A stretch of 64,000 nt of DNA, taken from assembly GCA_028713575.1 (NCBI GenBank), contig JAQTOB010000004.1, positions 5,250 through 69,249 on the forward strand, written 5' to 3'. Below, piece by piece: positions 1 through 9,587 of the stretch. The notes beneath the pieces were generated by a model. The model was not told the origin of the DNA. It did not search any database and saw only the letters and a list, made by a program, of their open reading frames with translations. This DNA comes from Patescibacteria group bacterium (GTDB lineage Bacteria > Patescibacteriota > Patescibacteriia > UBA2591 > UBA6264). A program made the translations under genes and the position numbers. Position 1 is the first letter of the stretch; every line of letters begins with the position of its first letter.

Positions 1-100
1 TTGTCGCAAGGAAATAGACAGCTCTAACTATTTTTGCGCCGCGGCGGGCAAAGCTTGTTCCGAAGGAGTTTCTGGTCATGAAGGTTATAGCGCGGGGAGT

Positions 101-2866
101 TTGGGCAGTTATGGCAACCCCAGCTGGTTATGTAGCGCAACTGATACCAGTTATCAGTGCAATGCGGCCAATAAATGTAAAACATATAACTCAAGATATT
201 GCGATGGCGTCAATACTTGGAATTCCGGCACAGGCGCAGGCATATCAGTGACAGGTTGCAACGCTTATTCTTGTGGTTCTAGTGTGTTGGTGGTGAGAGA
301 CGCTTGTAATGGTTTGGGAGCATGCGCACCTGGGTTTGTTTTAGTAACAACCTGTGGCGGCGGGGAAAATAGCAGTTGCGTTGCCGGACAATCAACTTGT
401 CAGAATCTTTGTTCCAACAGCGTGGATGACGACGGAGACGGATACAAAGACGCTCAGGATTCCGATTGCGGCGGCTGTTCGCAGTGCACTTCCGGTGCGT
501 GCTGTAATACCTCCACCGGTTGTTATTATTCTTCCAGCACTGTCTGTCGTACGGCGGCCGATCTTTGCGACGAGGTTGAAAATTGTACGGGGTCGTCCGC
601 CAGTTGTCCAAGTGACGCTTTAAAGCCCACTGGCACTGTCTGCCGCGCGGCGGCCGGACCCTGCGATGTGGCTGAAACTTGTATTGCCGGCGCGCCCTAT
701 TGTCCACAAGATGTCAAATTAAGCGGCAAACAATCCTGCAGCACCTGTCAGTATTGCAACGGTTCTTCCGCCACTTGCCAGTATATGGCTTCAGGATCCG
801 ATACTTACGGCGATTGCGGCACCACCGGATGTTATACCGGTAATTGTGACGGTGCCGGAGCCTGCGCTTATTATCTTTCCGGCCAGCGCAATTGCGCAAC
901 ATGCCAACAATGCAATGCCAGCGGGACCTGCGTCAATATCACTTCCGGTACCGATCCTTACGGCGATTGCGGGACTTGTAAAATTTGTTCCGGTGGCGCT
1001 TGTATTAATGTAGCAATTGGGGAAGACCCCAAGAATGATTGTCCTTTTGATGATTGCAAAACCGGTCTTTGTAGCGGTTCGGGTTATTGCGCTTATTATA
1101 CTTCCGGCGAGCAGGAATGCCCTGAATGTCAAGCGTGTAGTAGTAGTGGTGTATGCGTTAATGCAGAGACGCTGGCCTGTCCTCAAGACAGGATGTATTG
1201 TTCAGACACTAACAATCGTCTTTGCGGAGCAAAAGAACCGGGAGAAGTTTGCTGTGTCCTCAAGAGCTGGGGTTGTTTTACCGCCGACACCATGATTAAG
1301 ACTACATGGGGAGGTGATAAAAAAATAAATAAAATTAGAGTCGGCGACCTGGTCCAGGGATATGATACTGAAAAAAAACAAATAAAAGAAGTCGAGGTAA
1401 ATAATGTTTTTAAACATGAAAAGCAAAATTATTATTCAATTGAATTTAAGGACAAAAGCGCTTTGAGAGTGACTAAAGACCATCCTTTATACACGGAAAA
1501 TGGTTATTTAAAAGTGGAAAATTTGAAAGTAGGAGATAAAATTGGAAGAATAAATGGTGATAAACTGGAATTTGTGGAAATAACCAAAATAAAAAAGAGT
1601 TTATTTAAAAAATCCGTTTATAACCTGGAGGTTGACGAATACCACAATTATTTCGCTAACGGATTTCTAGCACACAACAAAGAAAACGCTTGCGATAAAG
1701 CGCCGGACAATGCAGGGATAAAAAAGAACTATCCTTGTGGCACATGTAAACTTTGCTATGATGGAAGTTGTGTCAATATTGCCGCAGGAAAAGATTTAAA
1801 CAACGAGTGTCTAGCTGAAGGATGTTTGACCGGTCTTTGTAGCGGTTCGGGTTATTGCGCTTATTATACTTCTGGCCAGCAAGCTTGTTATTACGGTATG
1901 GTCTGTGACAGTTCGGGAAAGTGCGTTGTAGATCCTAACACAAATACCCTTGGAGCGGTTCAGGGAGAGACAAGGTTAATAGTAAATAATAAAAATATTT
2001 CTTTTAAAGAGGCGGCCATCTTAACCTCCAAGATTGGAACCTGTTTAAATTATCCACGTCAGACGTGCCAATCAAATGAGGATTGCCAAATTACTGACTT
2101 TGAATGTTTGCCTATGTTAAGATGTTCAAATAATCTTACTGTTACATGTGATGATGATTCCGATTGTATAAGCGGAGAAAGCGTTTGTGAGGGAGCAAAC
2201 GTCCCTGCGATTTATGGGAGTCAAAATGAGAGCGTAATCATCGAGGCAGATATTACATTAAAGCCTGATGCTTATTTAATATTTGGCGATCAGCTTTTGT
2301 TTAATGGCGGAAAAATCATTTTGGACGGGGGAGCAATATTAAGGGCAGGAAGCATGATTCAATCAGGAGGAGGTCAGGGTAGAAGGGCCTGCGCGTGCGT
2401 ATACTCTTCACTTGAGAATGAGAATTATTCTTTTAGATCATCGGGCATACTCACTCTTAGTAGTGGACAAGGACTGTGTGATGATAGTATTGTTTGCGAA
2501 GAAGGGACCGAGTTATTGGACAATTCATCAATTGATGAGCAGTGGGTTTTTAAAAGTGAAACAAAGAAGGTAGATTGGGACGGGATTCCTTTTGATTGGG
2601 TTGAAGGTGTTCGTTATAAAAAATTTTCTAAATATGATAAATACAGTAATAATGATTGTCCCTCCGACTGTGATAAATTTTATTGGCGACCCAAAGAGGA
2701 TCCGGAATCTGGTGAAATTATCTGGTATTATTATATGTGTTGTTCCGGTATAGGCCCCTATGGCCTCTCAGGATGTGGTGGTGGCGAGGCCGTGGACAGG
2801 TGTTGGTATGATCCATATTTGCCTCAACTCGCTCCTACAACAATGCCGTTTTACGGGTGGCAATAA
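101..2866 (+). CDS. Cysteine-rich repeat protein carrying an embedded Hint/intein-like (BIL-type) domain. Roughly 50-aa Cys-rich modules (CxxCxxC...GYCAYYTSG) flank the insert. The C-terminal region is Gly-rich and possibly beta-helical.
   Basis: 921-aa ORF. The motif ...C(K/L)TGLCSGSGYCAYYTSG(E/Q)Q(E/A)C... recurs before and after the insert. The insert begins CFTADTMI and ends LAHN. Confidence 0.5.
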   Translation: MGSYGNPSWLCSATDTSYQCNAANKCKTYNSRYCDGVNTWNSGTGAGISVTGCNAYSCGSSVLVVRDACNGLGACAPGFVLVTTCGGGENSSCVAGQSTCQNLCSNSVDDDGDGYKDAQDSDCGGCSQCTSGACCNTSTGCYYSSSTVCRTAADLCDEVENCTGSSASCPSDALKPTGTVCRAAAGPCDVAETCIAGAPYCPQDVKLSGKQSCSTCQYCNGSSATCQYMASGSDTYGDCGTTGCYTGNCDGAGACAYYLSGQRNCATCQQCNASGTCVNITSGTDPYGDCGTCKICSGGACINVAIGEDPKNDCPFDDCKTGLCSGSGYCAYYTSGEQECPECQACSSSGVCVNAETLACPQDRMYCSDTNNRLCGAKEPGEVCCVLKSWGCFTADTMIKTTWGGDKKINKIRVGDLVQGYDTEKKQIKEVEVNNVFKHEKQNYYSIEFKDKSALRVTKDHPLYTENGYLKVENLKVGDKIGRINGDKLEFVEITKIKKSLFKKSVYNLEVDEYHNYFANGFLAHNKENACDKAPDNAGIKKNYPCGTCKLCYDGSCVNIAAGKDLNNECLAEGCLTGLCSGSGYCAYYTSGQQACYYGMVCDSSGKCVVDPNTNTLGAVQGETRLIVNNKNISFKEAAILTSKIGTCLNYPRQTCQSNEDCQITDFECLPMLRCSNNLTVTCDDDSDCISGESVCEGANVPAIYGSQNESVIIEADITLKPDAYLIFGDQLLFNGGKIILDGGAILRAGSMIQSGGGQGRRACACVYSSLENENYSFRSSGILTLSSGQGLCDDSIVCEEGTELLDNSSIDEQWVFKSETKKVDWDGIPFDWVEGVRYKKFSKYDKYSNNDCPSDCDKFYWRPKEDPESGEIIWYYYMCCSGIGPYGLSGCGGGEAVDRCWYDPYLPQLAPTTMPFYGWQ
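1274..1678 (+). other. Hint (Hedgehog/intein-like) domain of about 135 aa inside CDS 101-2866. It starts with Cys and ends with His-Asn, but the +1 residue is Lys, so it is BIL-like rather than a canonical intein.
   Basis: The N-terminal block is CFTADTM and the C-terminal block is FLAHN. The segment is markedly more AT-rich than the flanking Cys-rich repeats. Confidence 0.5.
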
Positions 2867-2935
2867 GCAAAAAATCTACAAAAAATATGGAGACCTTCAT
2901 TTAATGATGGTCTCCATTTTTTTGCATTTTGTTTT

Positions 2936-4366
2936 TTATTTTTCTAAAATCAGTTTTTTACGAACCGTTGCCTGGTCCGTAGACAACTGGTAGATGTATG
3001 CGCCGCTGGCGACAAAGTTTCCTTTGTCGTTTTTTCCGTTCCAGATTAACGCATAACCTCCCGGCTCTTGAAAGCCGCAAAAAAACGTCTTAACAATTTT
3101 ACCAGTGATATCGAAGATAATGATTTGCACAAATGTTCTTTTAGGAATCCAATACTCAATTGTTGTTGCCGAATTAAAGGGATTTGGAAAATTCTGTTTT
3201 AAGTCAACGTTTTTTGCCAGGGTAGGAGGGGGGAGAGGATTTTTGATGTTTGCGTTTTCAGGCACGGCGATCTTAATAGCCCAGGGAATGCCCCTTCCGC
3301 CGCTGATTAACAAAAATTTGTCTTGCGTTAAAATAGCGTTACCTGTTTCCAATTTTTCCCATTTTTTTTGGTATATTAAATTACCAGAGGCGTCCATTTT
3401 GACAACATGTAATTCTTCCCAGCTTGAGTAGGGCTTTGAAAGCCTACCTTTTATCACTCCGATATACTCATTATTTTTTTCCCAACAACCGAGCATCCCG
3501 GCAGGAGACGTTTCACTATTTAGAACATCATTATTCTGCCAAACAACACTTCCCTGTTTATCAATTTTTATCAGTCCGGCGCAATAAGGTCCGGAGTTAT
3601 AATTATGTCTTGACATACCGGAGATCAGATAGCCATCTTTTGTAACAGTTAAATGCGATTCTGCTCCCATTATTTCGTGTTCTGGGTATGTTTTTTGCCA
3701 AACAAGATTTCCTTCCCCGTCAAGTTTTATCAAGCCGCCTCTATACCCGGCAAACTGACCATGAATTCCGCCAAAAAGAACATAATCATCATCATCCTTA
3801 CCTATTGTTATTCCGCAAACGTCTCCTTCCTTTGGGAGATAAGCTTTTTCCCATAGAATTTCCAGATTCTGGTCGAATTTTACCAAACAAAAATACCCAC
3901 CGTCTTCACTTTTTAGAAATCCTAAGGCCGTATAGGTACTGTCTCCGTTTTCAACTGCGTCAGTCAGGCCTCCCCACGTATAGTTATCTGGCAACCAGGT
4001 ATTCCTTTTTAATTCATTTCCCAAATTGTCGGTAATTAATAACAAATGGCCATTATCAGTACCTCCGATTATTAATAATTTTTCGTCCGCCAGTGTGAAG
4101 ATTTTATTGGGGTGTGTATAGCCAGTGATGCGGTGCTCTTGATGCCAGATAATTTCACCATTTTCTTTTTTTATTTTTAATAAACTCATTTGACCTTGGC
4201 ACCCTAGGTTGGCGTAGACATAGCCATTTTCCATTTCACCGATTGTCTGAATACTAAAATCTGATTCAATAAGTTCCGGATATTCTTTGTCCCATTCTTG
4301 GGCGCTTACATTTTGAAAAAATATAAGCGATCCCAACAAAACACTGATAAAATATTTTGTTTTCAT
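2936..4366 (-). CDS. Secreted repeat (beta-propeller-like) protein with a C-terminal T9SS-type (Por_Secre_tail-like) sorting domain
   Basis: The signal peptide is MKTKYFISVLLGSLIFFQNVSA. Repeated ...G.L.K.D..G..VW.K.Y units are present. The C-terminus reads FPNPFNSATTIEYW...IFDITGKIV...WNGKNDKGNFVASGAYIYQL. Confidence 0.5.
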   Translation of the reverse strand: MKTKYFISVLLGSLIFFQNVSAQEWDKEYPELIESDFSIQTIGEMENGYVYANLGCQGQMSLLKIKKENGEIIWHQEHRITGYTHPNKIFTLADEKLLIIGGTDNGHLLLITDNLGNELKRNTWLPDNYTWGGLTDAVENGDSTYTALGFLKSEDGGYFCLVKFDQNLEILWEKAYLPKEGDVCGITIGKDDDDYVLFGGIHGQFAGYRGGLIKLDGEGNLVWQKTYPEHEIMGAESHLTVTKDGYLISGMSRHNYNSGPYCAGLIKIDKQGSVVWQNNDVLNSETSPAGMLGCWEKNNEYIGVIKGRLSKPYSSWEELHVVKMDASGNLIYQKKWEKLETGNAILTQDKFLLISGGRGIPWAIKIAVPENANIKNPLPPPTLAKNVDLKQNFPNPFNSATTIEYWIPKRTFVQIIIFDITGKIVKTFFCGFQEPGGYALIWNGKNDKGNFVASGAYIYQLSTDQATVRKKLILEK

Positions 4367-4439
4367 GATTTCCTCCTTTTTTGTTTTTTTGTAAAGATCG
4401 AATTTATCTTATCTGTTAATATTAAAGCACATTTTTGCC

Positions 4440-4960
4440 CTTTTGTCAATACCCTGTAAAAATCCACCCATAATAGTACACATCCTGTGCAAGTCCACCC
4501 ATAGTATTACACCTTAGTTTTAACAAACTCATTTACGAGATTATCTACGAGGCGAGACCTCGTAGATCGTAGATTTTGATCATTACATCCTGGGGTCTGA
4601 CCCCATAAACATTCCTTCTAAAACCCTTATCAACAAAGGATTATATGACAAAAATTTCAATTTGGTGTGATTTTGATTAAATTTTTTTATCTACGAGGCG
4701 AGACCTCGTAGGAGGCGTATCTACGAGGCGAGACCTCGTAGATTGTAAATTTTTTATGGGGCTTGGGGTCTGACCCCCTGGGGTCTGGGGTCTGACCCCA
4801 TAAACATTCCTTCTAAAACCCTTATCAACAAAGGATTATATGACAAAAATTTCAATTTGGTGTGATTTTGATTAAATTTTTTTATCTACGAGGTTATCTA
4901 CGAGGCGAGACCTCGTAGATTGTACCTCGTAGATTGTAAATTTTTTAAAGAATGTTAAAA
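4440..4960. repeat. Repeat-rich intergenic region. It holds two copies of the MITE-like element (ggggtctgacccc...tttcaatttggtgtgattttgatt) and four copies of the hairpin tctacgagg-cgaga-cctcgtaga.
   Basis: Direct reading of the sequence. The hairpins are at about 4544-4566, 4689-4711, 4719-4742 and 4898-4920. The element cores begin at 4592 and 4765. Confidence 0.8.
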
Positions 4961-4968
4961 TAAAAAAC

Positions 4969-6471
4969 ATGAACGCGATAAAAGCAAAAAAAGAAAAAAT
5001 ATTTTTTATTATTATTTTGGTTTTAGTTTCTGTTTTTTTTGTATTATTGCCCCGTTTCAGTTACGGCCGGCTGTCAGAAAGCCCTTATAGTTCTTTCTAC
5101 ACCTATCCCCTGCACACCGACGAATGGCAGCATTATACTATTAGCATGTCTTTGGAAGAGAATTTTTTTCACCCCCACGTTTTTTATTATGAGAATTATG
5201 AGCCCTTTATTGACGGCAGTCCCTTTTTTCATGAAATTATTTTTTTTGCCCAAAAGTTGGGTCTTTCTCCAGACAAGTTCTTTGTTTTGCCCATTTTACA
5301 AGGAATTTTTTTTGTTTTGATTTTTTTCTTTTTTTTAAGTTTATTTTTTAACCCTTCAGTTAGTTTTATTGGCAGTTTGTTGGTTTTTTCCCTCCAAAGC
5401 GATGTTAGGATTTTAGGGTTGGTATTTTTTAAGCCCTTTGTTTTGGGTTTTTGTTTTCTTCTCTTGGCCCTTATTATTTTCCAACGGAAAAAAAGAGTTT
5501 CTTTTGCTTTTGTGATTTTCAGCTTGATGTCATTTTTTTGTTATCCGCCCTTAGTTTTGTTATTAATAATTTATGTTTTTGTTTATGGTTTGGTCAACAA
5601 AAAAATTGACAAAAAATATTTATTTTACATTGGTTTTTTGATTGTCCTGGCATTACTCTTCGGCTTAATTATTTTTAAAAATAACGCTTCTTTTTTAATG
5701 GATAAAATAATTTATAAAGGTTATCTTAGCGGTCAAGACAGGACCGCTGTCCCTGAATATTTAAATATCTTTTTAGTTGTTTTAGGGTTGCTAGGATTTT
5801 TAAAGACGATAAAAAAGAAAGAATTTTGGCCTTGCCATAGTTTGTTTATTTTTTTGTTGCTGGATTTTATTTTAGCCACGATTTTTAGATTTAGTTTGGG
5901 TTTTCACTATATGAGGATTATTTATTTTATCGGCATTTTTCTCGGCGTTTATGTTGCTTATATTTTAGTCTATATTTTCAAAAATTTCAGTTTTTTTTCA
6001 AAAAGAAAAACATTGGCCACAGTTTGCCTTTTTTTGATTGTTCTGGCGATTTTGGTTCCTAATTTTAAATTTTATGCCCGGTCCCTTTCCTCCTTTAATC
6101 CGGCTGTTCATGCTCGGTGGTTGGGTCAAAATAATTTGCAGGTTCTGGAATATTTGAAAGAAAGAAACAATAAAGAGGCAAAACTTTTGCATCTGCCTTA
6201 TTTGGGCGCGGTGATTACTCCCTTGACCGGGTTTAAGGCTACGGCCGTATTTTCCGCTTTTACCGGAGGGAAAAAAAATAAATATGACGAGATATTCAAC
6301 TCTCCCAAGGACTGCCAAAAAATAAAAGAAATTATTGACGAAGAGAATTATAATTTATTATGGATGAAACGAAAAATTGATTGCCCTTTTTTAGAGTTAA
6401 TTTTTAACAATAATTTCAATTTTATTTATCAATATAATCCAACAATTTATAATTTGGGGCCTGGGGTCTGA
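4969..6471 (+). CDS. Polytopic membrane protein, possibly a GT-C-fold (ArnT/PMT-like) membrane glycosyltransferase
   Basis: 500 aa with more than 10 predicted TM helices. A DE motif lies in the first extracytoplasmic loop (HTDEW). It is adjacent to the glycosyltransferase cluster. The stop codon lies inside a repeat element. Confidence 0.3.
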   Translation: MNAIKAKKEKIFFIIILVLVSVFFVLLPRFSYGRLSESPYSSFYTYPLHTDEWQHYTISMSLEENFFHPHVFYYENYEPFIDGSPFFHEIIFFAQKLGLSPDKFFVLPILQGIFFVLIFFFFLSLFFNPSVSFIGSLLVFSLQSDVRILGLVFFKPFVLGFCFLLLALIIFQRKKRVSFAFVIFSLMSFFCYPPLVLLLIIYVFVYGLVNKKIDKKYLFYIGFLIVLALLFGLIIFKNNASFLMDKIIYKGYLSGQDRTAVPEYLNIFLVVLGLLGFLKTIKKKEFWPCHSLFIFLLLDFILATIFRFSLGFHYMRIIYFIGIFLGVYVAYILVYIFKNFSFFSKRKTLATVCLFLIVLAILVPNFKFYARSLSSFNPAVHARWLGQNNLQVLEYLKERNNKEAKLLHLPYLGAVITPLTGFKATAVFSAFTGGKKNKYDEIFNSPKDCQKIKEIIDEENYNLLWMKRKIDCPFLELIFNNNFNFIYQYNPTIYNLGPGV

Positions 6472-6605
6472 CCCCCTAAACATCCCTTCTAAAATTGGGT
6501 TGGGGCCTGGGGTCTGACCCCCTAAACATCCCTTCTAAAATTCGCATCAATAAAGGGTTATAGAGCAAAAATTTCAATTTGGTGCGATTTTGATTGATTT
6601 TAATA
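6455..6605. repeat. MITE-like element copy, with two ggggcctggggtctgaccccc heads and one conserved tail tttcaatttggtgcgattttgattgatttt
   Basis: Sequence identity to the elements at 4592, 29248 and 37236-37930. Confidence 0.75.
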
Positions 6606-6787
6606 TCGCAGCAATATTGCAGGCGAAACTTGTAATATTGACACTTAATATGAGTCCAAGATATTGCCCTTTACGATTTTTCCGAATGGTTTTATAATAT
6701 AAACATAAATAATTAATAAAATTTATAGACCCTGTTAGAAATTTTAAGTAAATAGAATTTTTAATCGGGACCAAGAGAACAAAATTT

Positions 6788-7447
6788 ATGGAAAATTCTA
6801 AAGAAATAAAAAAAGCTTGGTTAATCGTCGTTGCCCTGATTTTAATCGTTTTGGTTATTGTTTTTTTTGGTAAAACAAAAACAGCCCCAACTGAAGAAAT
6901 TCTTTCTAATGAGGGCGAGGTTTTAGAACCAGTCGTGGCGGTTACTGAAATAACAGAAACAGAAACAGGTCCTTCTGAAGGAGAACAGGCAATGGAAGGA
7001 CAAAAAGCCCTTGAGTCGGCAAAAACTTTGGCTTTAAATATGAATCAAGTGTCAGCCGAGGGCGTGGTTTTAACCACCAATGGTTTGCCGGCGGACAATT
7101 CTGCCTTGCCTGGCTCATTTGCCGCGCCTTACCAATCGGAAGTTTTAGAGGAAAATGAAATTCCTCGTGGAGCCATAAGATTAAAAATTTCAGTTGATGG
7201 TTTTGAGCCAAAAGAAATTAGCGCCGTCGCGGGAAAAGCCGTGATTATCGCCTTGACTTCAATGGATGAAAATGTTCATATTCTGCGGTTTGAAGACGAA
7301 TCCTTACGAGGAATAAGAATCATTGTTTCTCCGGAAGAAACCCGAGCCATTGTTTTTAATGCGCCGGAAAAAGGGGACTATGCTTTTTATTGTGAAGCGG
7401 AAGGCCATCAGGAGCGCGGCGAAAGCGGCACGATGCGTGTAAAGTAA
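6788..7447 (+). CDS. Membrane-anchored cupredoxin-like (type 1 copper, plastocyanin/azurin fold) protein
   Basis: N-terminal TM helix. The C-terminal domain carries a His in VHILRF followed by FYCEAEGHQERGESGTM (Cys-x3-His...Met), which is a cupredoxin ligand pattern. It is a paralog of 13342-13920. Confidence 0.5.
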   Translation: MENSKEIKKAWLIVVALILIVLVIVFFGKTKTAPTEEILSNEGEVLEPVVAVTEITETETGPSEGEQAMEGQKALESAKTLALNMNQVSAEGVVLTTNGLPADNSALPGSFAAPYQSEVLEENEIPRGAIRLKISVDGFEPKEISAVAGKAVIIALTSMDENVHILRFEDESLRGIRIIVSPEETRAIVFNAPEKGDYAFYCEAEGHQERGESGTMRVK

Positions 7448-7600
7448 ATAAAAAAGCGAAATTTTAGGCTTAGTTTTGCTTTTTTAATTTTTGTTTTAGA
7501 CATTCCACAAAAGTTTTTAATTAACGAAAAGTTTTACGGAGGAAGTCTTAGGAAATTTTACGACCGGAGATATGTTTGGGATTTATAAAATCAAATAAAA

Positions 7601-8710
7601 ATGGAAACAGAAAATAAAAAAATAGCAGTTATTTATACTTCTATGGACAACATCGGCGGCGCTGAAATCGTCGGCTTAACTTTGGCTCGGGAATTAAAGG
7701 CAGATATTTATACCACTAACATTGACGAAGATAAAATTAAAAAAATGGGTTTTACTAATATTAATTTAAAATCCATTGGTCAAGTGCCTATTAACGCCCC
7801 TTTTCGTCATCAAATGATTTTGCAAAAATTTCGTAAACTTAATTTGGGAAATCAATACGATTTTTACATTATTGACGGGGATTGGGCTATATCCGCTGTT
7901 GTCAATAATAAGCCGAATTTATGGTATGTCCATTCACCAATAAGAGAGATATGGGATCTTTATAAATATACGAGAAAAAATATTGTTCCCTTTTATTTTC
8001 GACCAATCTTTGATTTTTGGGTAAAATATAATCGGCAGTTAAACAGAAAATATGCTGAAGACGTGGGAATTTTTGTTTGCAATTCAGAAACTACGCAAAA
8101 AAGACTAAAAAGATACCTGAATAAGAATGCGACGGTGATTAATCCTCCGATTGAAACCGCCGATTTTTATTATCGTCAAAACGGCGATTACTGGCTTTCT
8201 GTCAATCGTTTGATTACCCATAAAAGAGTGGACTTACAGGTTAAGGCCTTTGCCAAATTACCTGAGAAAAAATTAATTATCGTCGGCAGTTATGAAAAGT
8301 CTAAACATTTTCAGGCTTACGCAAATTATATTAAGAAATTGAAAACAAAAAATATCACCATTTTAAGCTGGGTGGATAGGCCGCAACTGATTGACCTCTA
8401 CGCTAATTGTAAAGGATTTATTACCACTTCTAAAGATGAAGATTTTGGTATGACGGCGGTTGAGGCAATGGCCGCGGGAAAGCCGGTTATTGCTTCGGCC
8501 GAAGGCGGTTATAGGGAAACAGTGATTGATAATATTACCGGAAAATTGATTGATAATATTAACGTTGATAAATTAATTGAGGCAATAAAAGAAATAGAAG
8601 AGGGTCCGGAAAAATATAAAGACGCCTGTCTAAAACAAGCAAAAAAATTTGACACCAAGATTTTTATTGGAAAAATAAAAGAGCAGATGAAAAAATACTC
8701 AAAAGAATAA
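7601..8710 (+). CDS. Glycosyltransferase family 4 (GT-B, retaining)
   Basis: The C-terminal motif FGMTAVEAMAAGKPVIASAEGGYRETV is the GT4 EX7E signature region. Confidence 0.8.
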   Translation: METENKKIAVIYTSMDNIGGAEIVGLTLARELKADIYTTNIDEDKIKKMGFTNINLKSIGQVPINAPFRHQMILQKFRKLNLGNQYDFYIIDGDWAISAVVNNKPNLWYVHSPIREIWDLYKYTRKNIVPFYFRPIFDFWVKYNRQLNRKYAEDVGIFVCNSETTQKRLKRYLNKNATVINPPIETADFYYRQNGDYWLSVNRLITHKRVDLQVKAFAKLPEKKLIIVGSYEKSKHFQAYANYIKKLKTKNITILSWVDRPQLIDLYANCKGFITTSKDEDFGMTAVEAMAAGKPVIASAEGGYRETVIDNITGKLIDNINVDKLIEAIKEIEEGPEKYKDACLKQAKKFDTKIFIGKIKEQMKKYSKE

Positions 8711-8731
8711 GAGCGAAAAAAAATAAACAAA

Positions 8732-9586
8732 ATGAGACTTATTGAAAAAAAATTTCCCGGAAATATTAAATTAAAATTTAAAGTTGAGACGACAACCGAT
8801 GAAAAAAGGGTTCTGGAAATGTGGGCAATCAGGGATTATTTTAAAAAAAGATTGGTCATCCAAAATAAAGATATAGTTATTGATATTGGAGCGCATATTG
8901 GAACATTTACTGTTTATGCGGCAAAATTGGCTAAAGAAGGTATGGTCTATTCTTTTGAGCCGCATTCAGAGAACATAAGATTACTAAAAGAAAATTGTGA
9001 ATTAAATAATTTAAAAAATGTTAAATTATTCAGATACGGAGTTTGCGGAAAAAGAAGAAAGGTTAAATTATTTATAGATGAAAATTATACTGGTCGCCAT
9101 AGTCTTTATAAAAAATCCCAAAAGTTTATTTTTATAGAATGTATAACCCTTAAGGAAATTTTTGATGCCAATGAAATTGGACATTGCAATTTTCTTAAGT
9201 TAGATTGTGAGGGAGCGGAATATGATATTTTATTTAATACACCTCAAGATTATTTTGATAAAATAGATAAAATCGTTTTAGAATATCATGATTATCTTCA
9301 TCAAGAAAGAATATGGCCTCAATTAGCGAGATTTCTTCATCAACGGGGATTTAAAATCATAATTGACCCTTACTCGGAAAATCAGGGATTAATTTACGCC
9401 AAAAATATTTGGCGGAAAAAATCAATCGGGTATCATTTGAATTTAGCGGCAAATTTAATAACGGCTAAAAGTAAAATTTTTATTCCCTCCATATTTATAA
9501 AGACAGAAAAAGGCTTTAGTTTTTTGGGGCTTTTTTTGAAAAAATATTTTTCAGGATTGTATTCCGTGTTAAAGAAATTAAAATAG
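8732..9586 (+). CDS. FkbM-family SAM-dependent methyltransferase
   Basis: VIDIGAHIGTFTVYAAKLAKEGMVYSFEP and NCELNNLKNVKLFRYGV match the FkbM domain pattern. Confidence 0.7.
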   Translation: MRLIEKKFPGNIKLKFKVETTTDEKRVLEMWAIRDYFKKRLVIQNKDIVIDIGAHIGTFTVYAAKLAKEGMVYSFEPHSENIRLLKENCELNNLKNVKLFRYGVCGKRRKVKLFIDENYTGRHSLYKKSQKFIFIECITLKEIFDANEIGHCNFLKLDCEGAEYDILFNTPQDYFDKIDKIVLEYHDYLHQERIWPQLARFLHQRGFKIIIDPYSENQGLIYAKNIWRKKSIGYHLNLAANLITAKSKIFIPSIFIKTEKGFSFLGLFLKKYFSGLYSVLKKLK

Positions 9587-9587
9587 A

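Noticed and set aside
279-1426. Antisense and alternative-frame ORFs inside the Cys-rich gene (279-707, 354-623, 714-902, 791-1186, 1017-1295, 1202-1426), and similar ones inside other large genes (for example 19064-19262, 49432-50805, 55645-58911)
   Set aside because: They are embedded in long, well-supported genes on the opposite strand or in another frame. Their Arg- and Pro-rich translations are typical of GC-rich antisense frames. They are ORF-finder artefacts.
1274-1678. Canonical self-splicing intein
   Set aside because: The residue following the terminal His-Asn is Lys, not Cys/Ser/Thr, so standard protein splicing chemistry is not supported. It is called a BIL/Hint-like domain instead.
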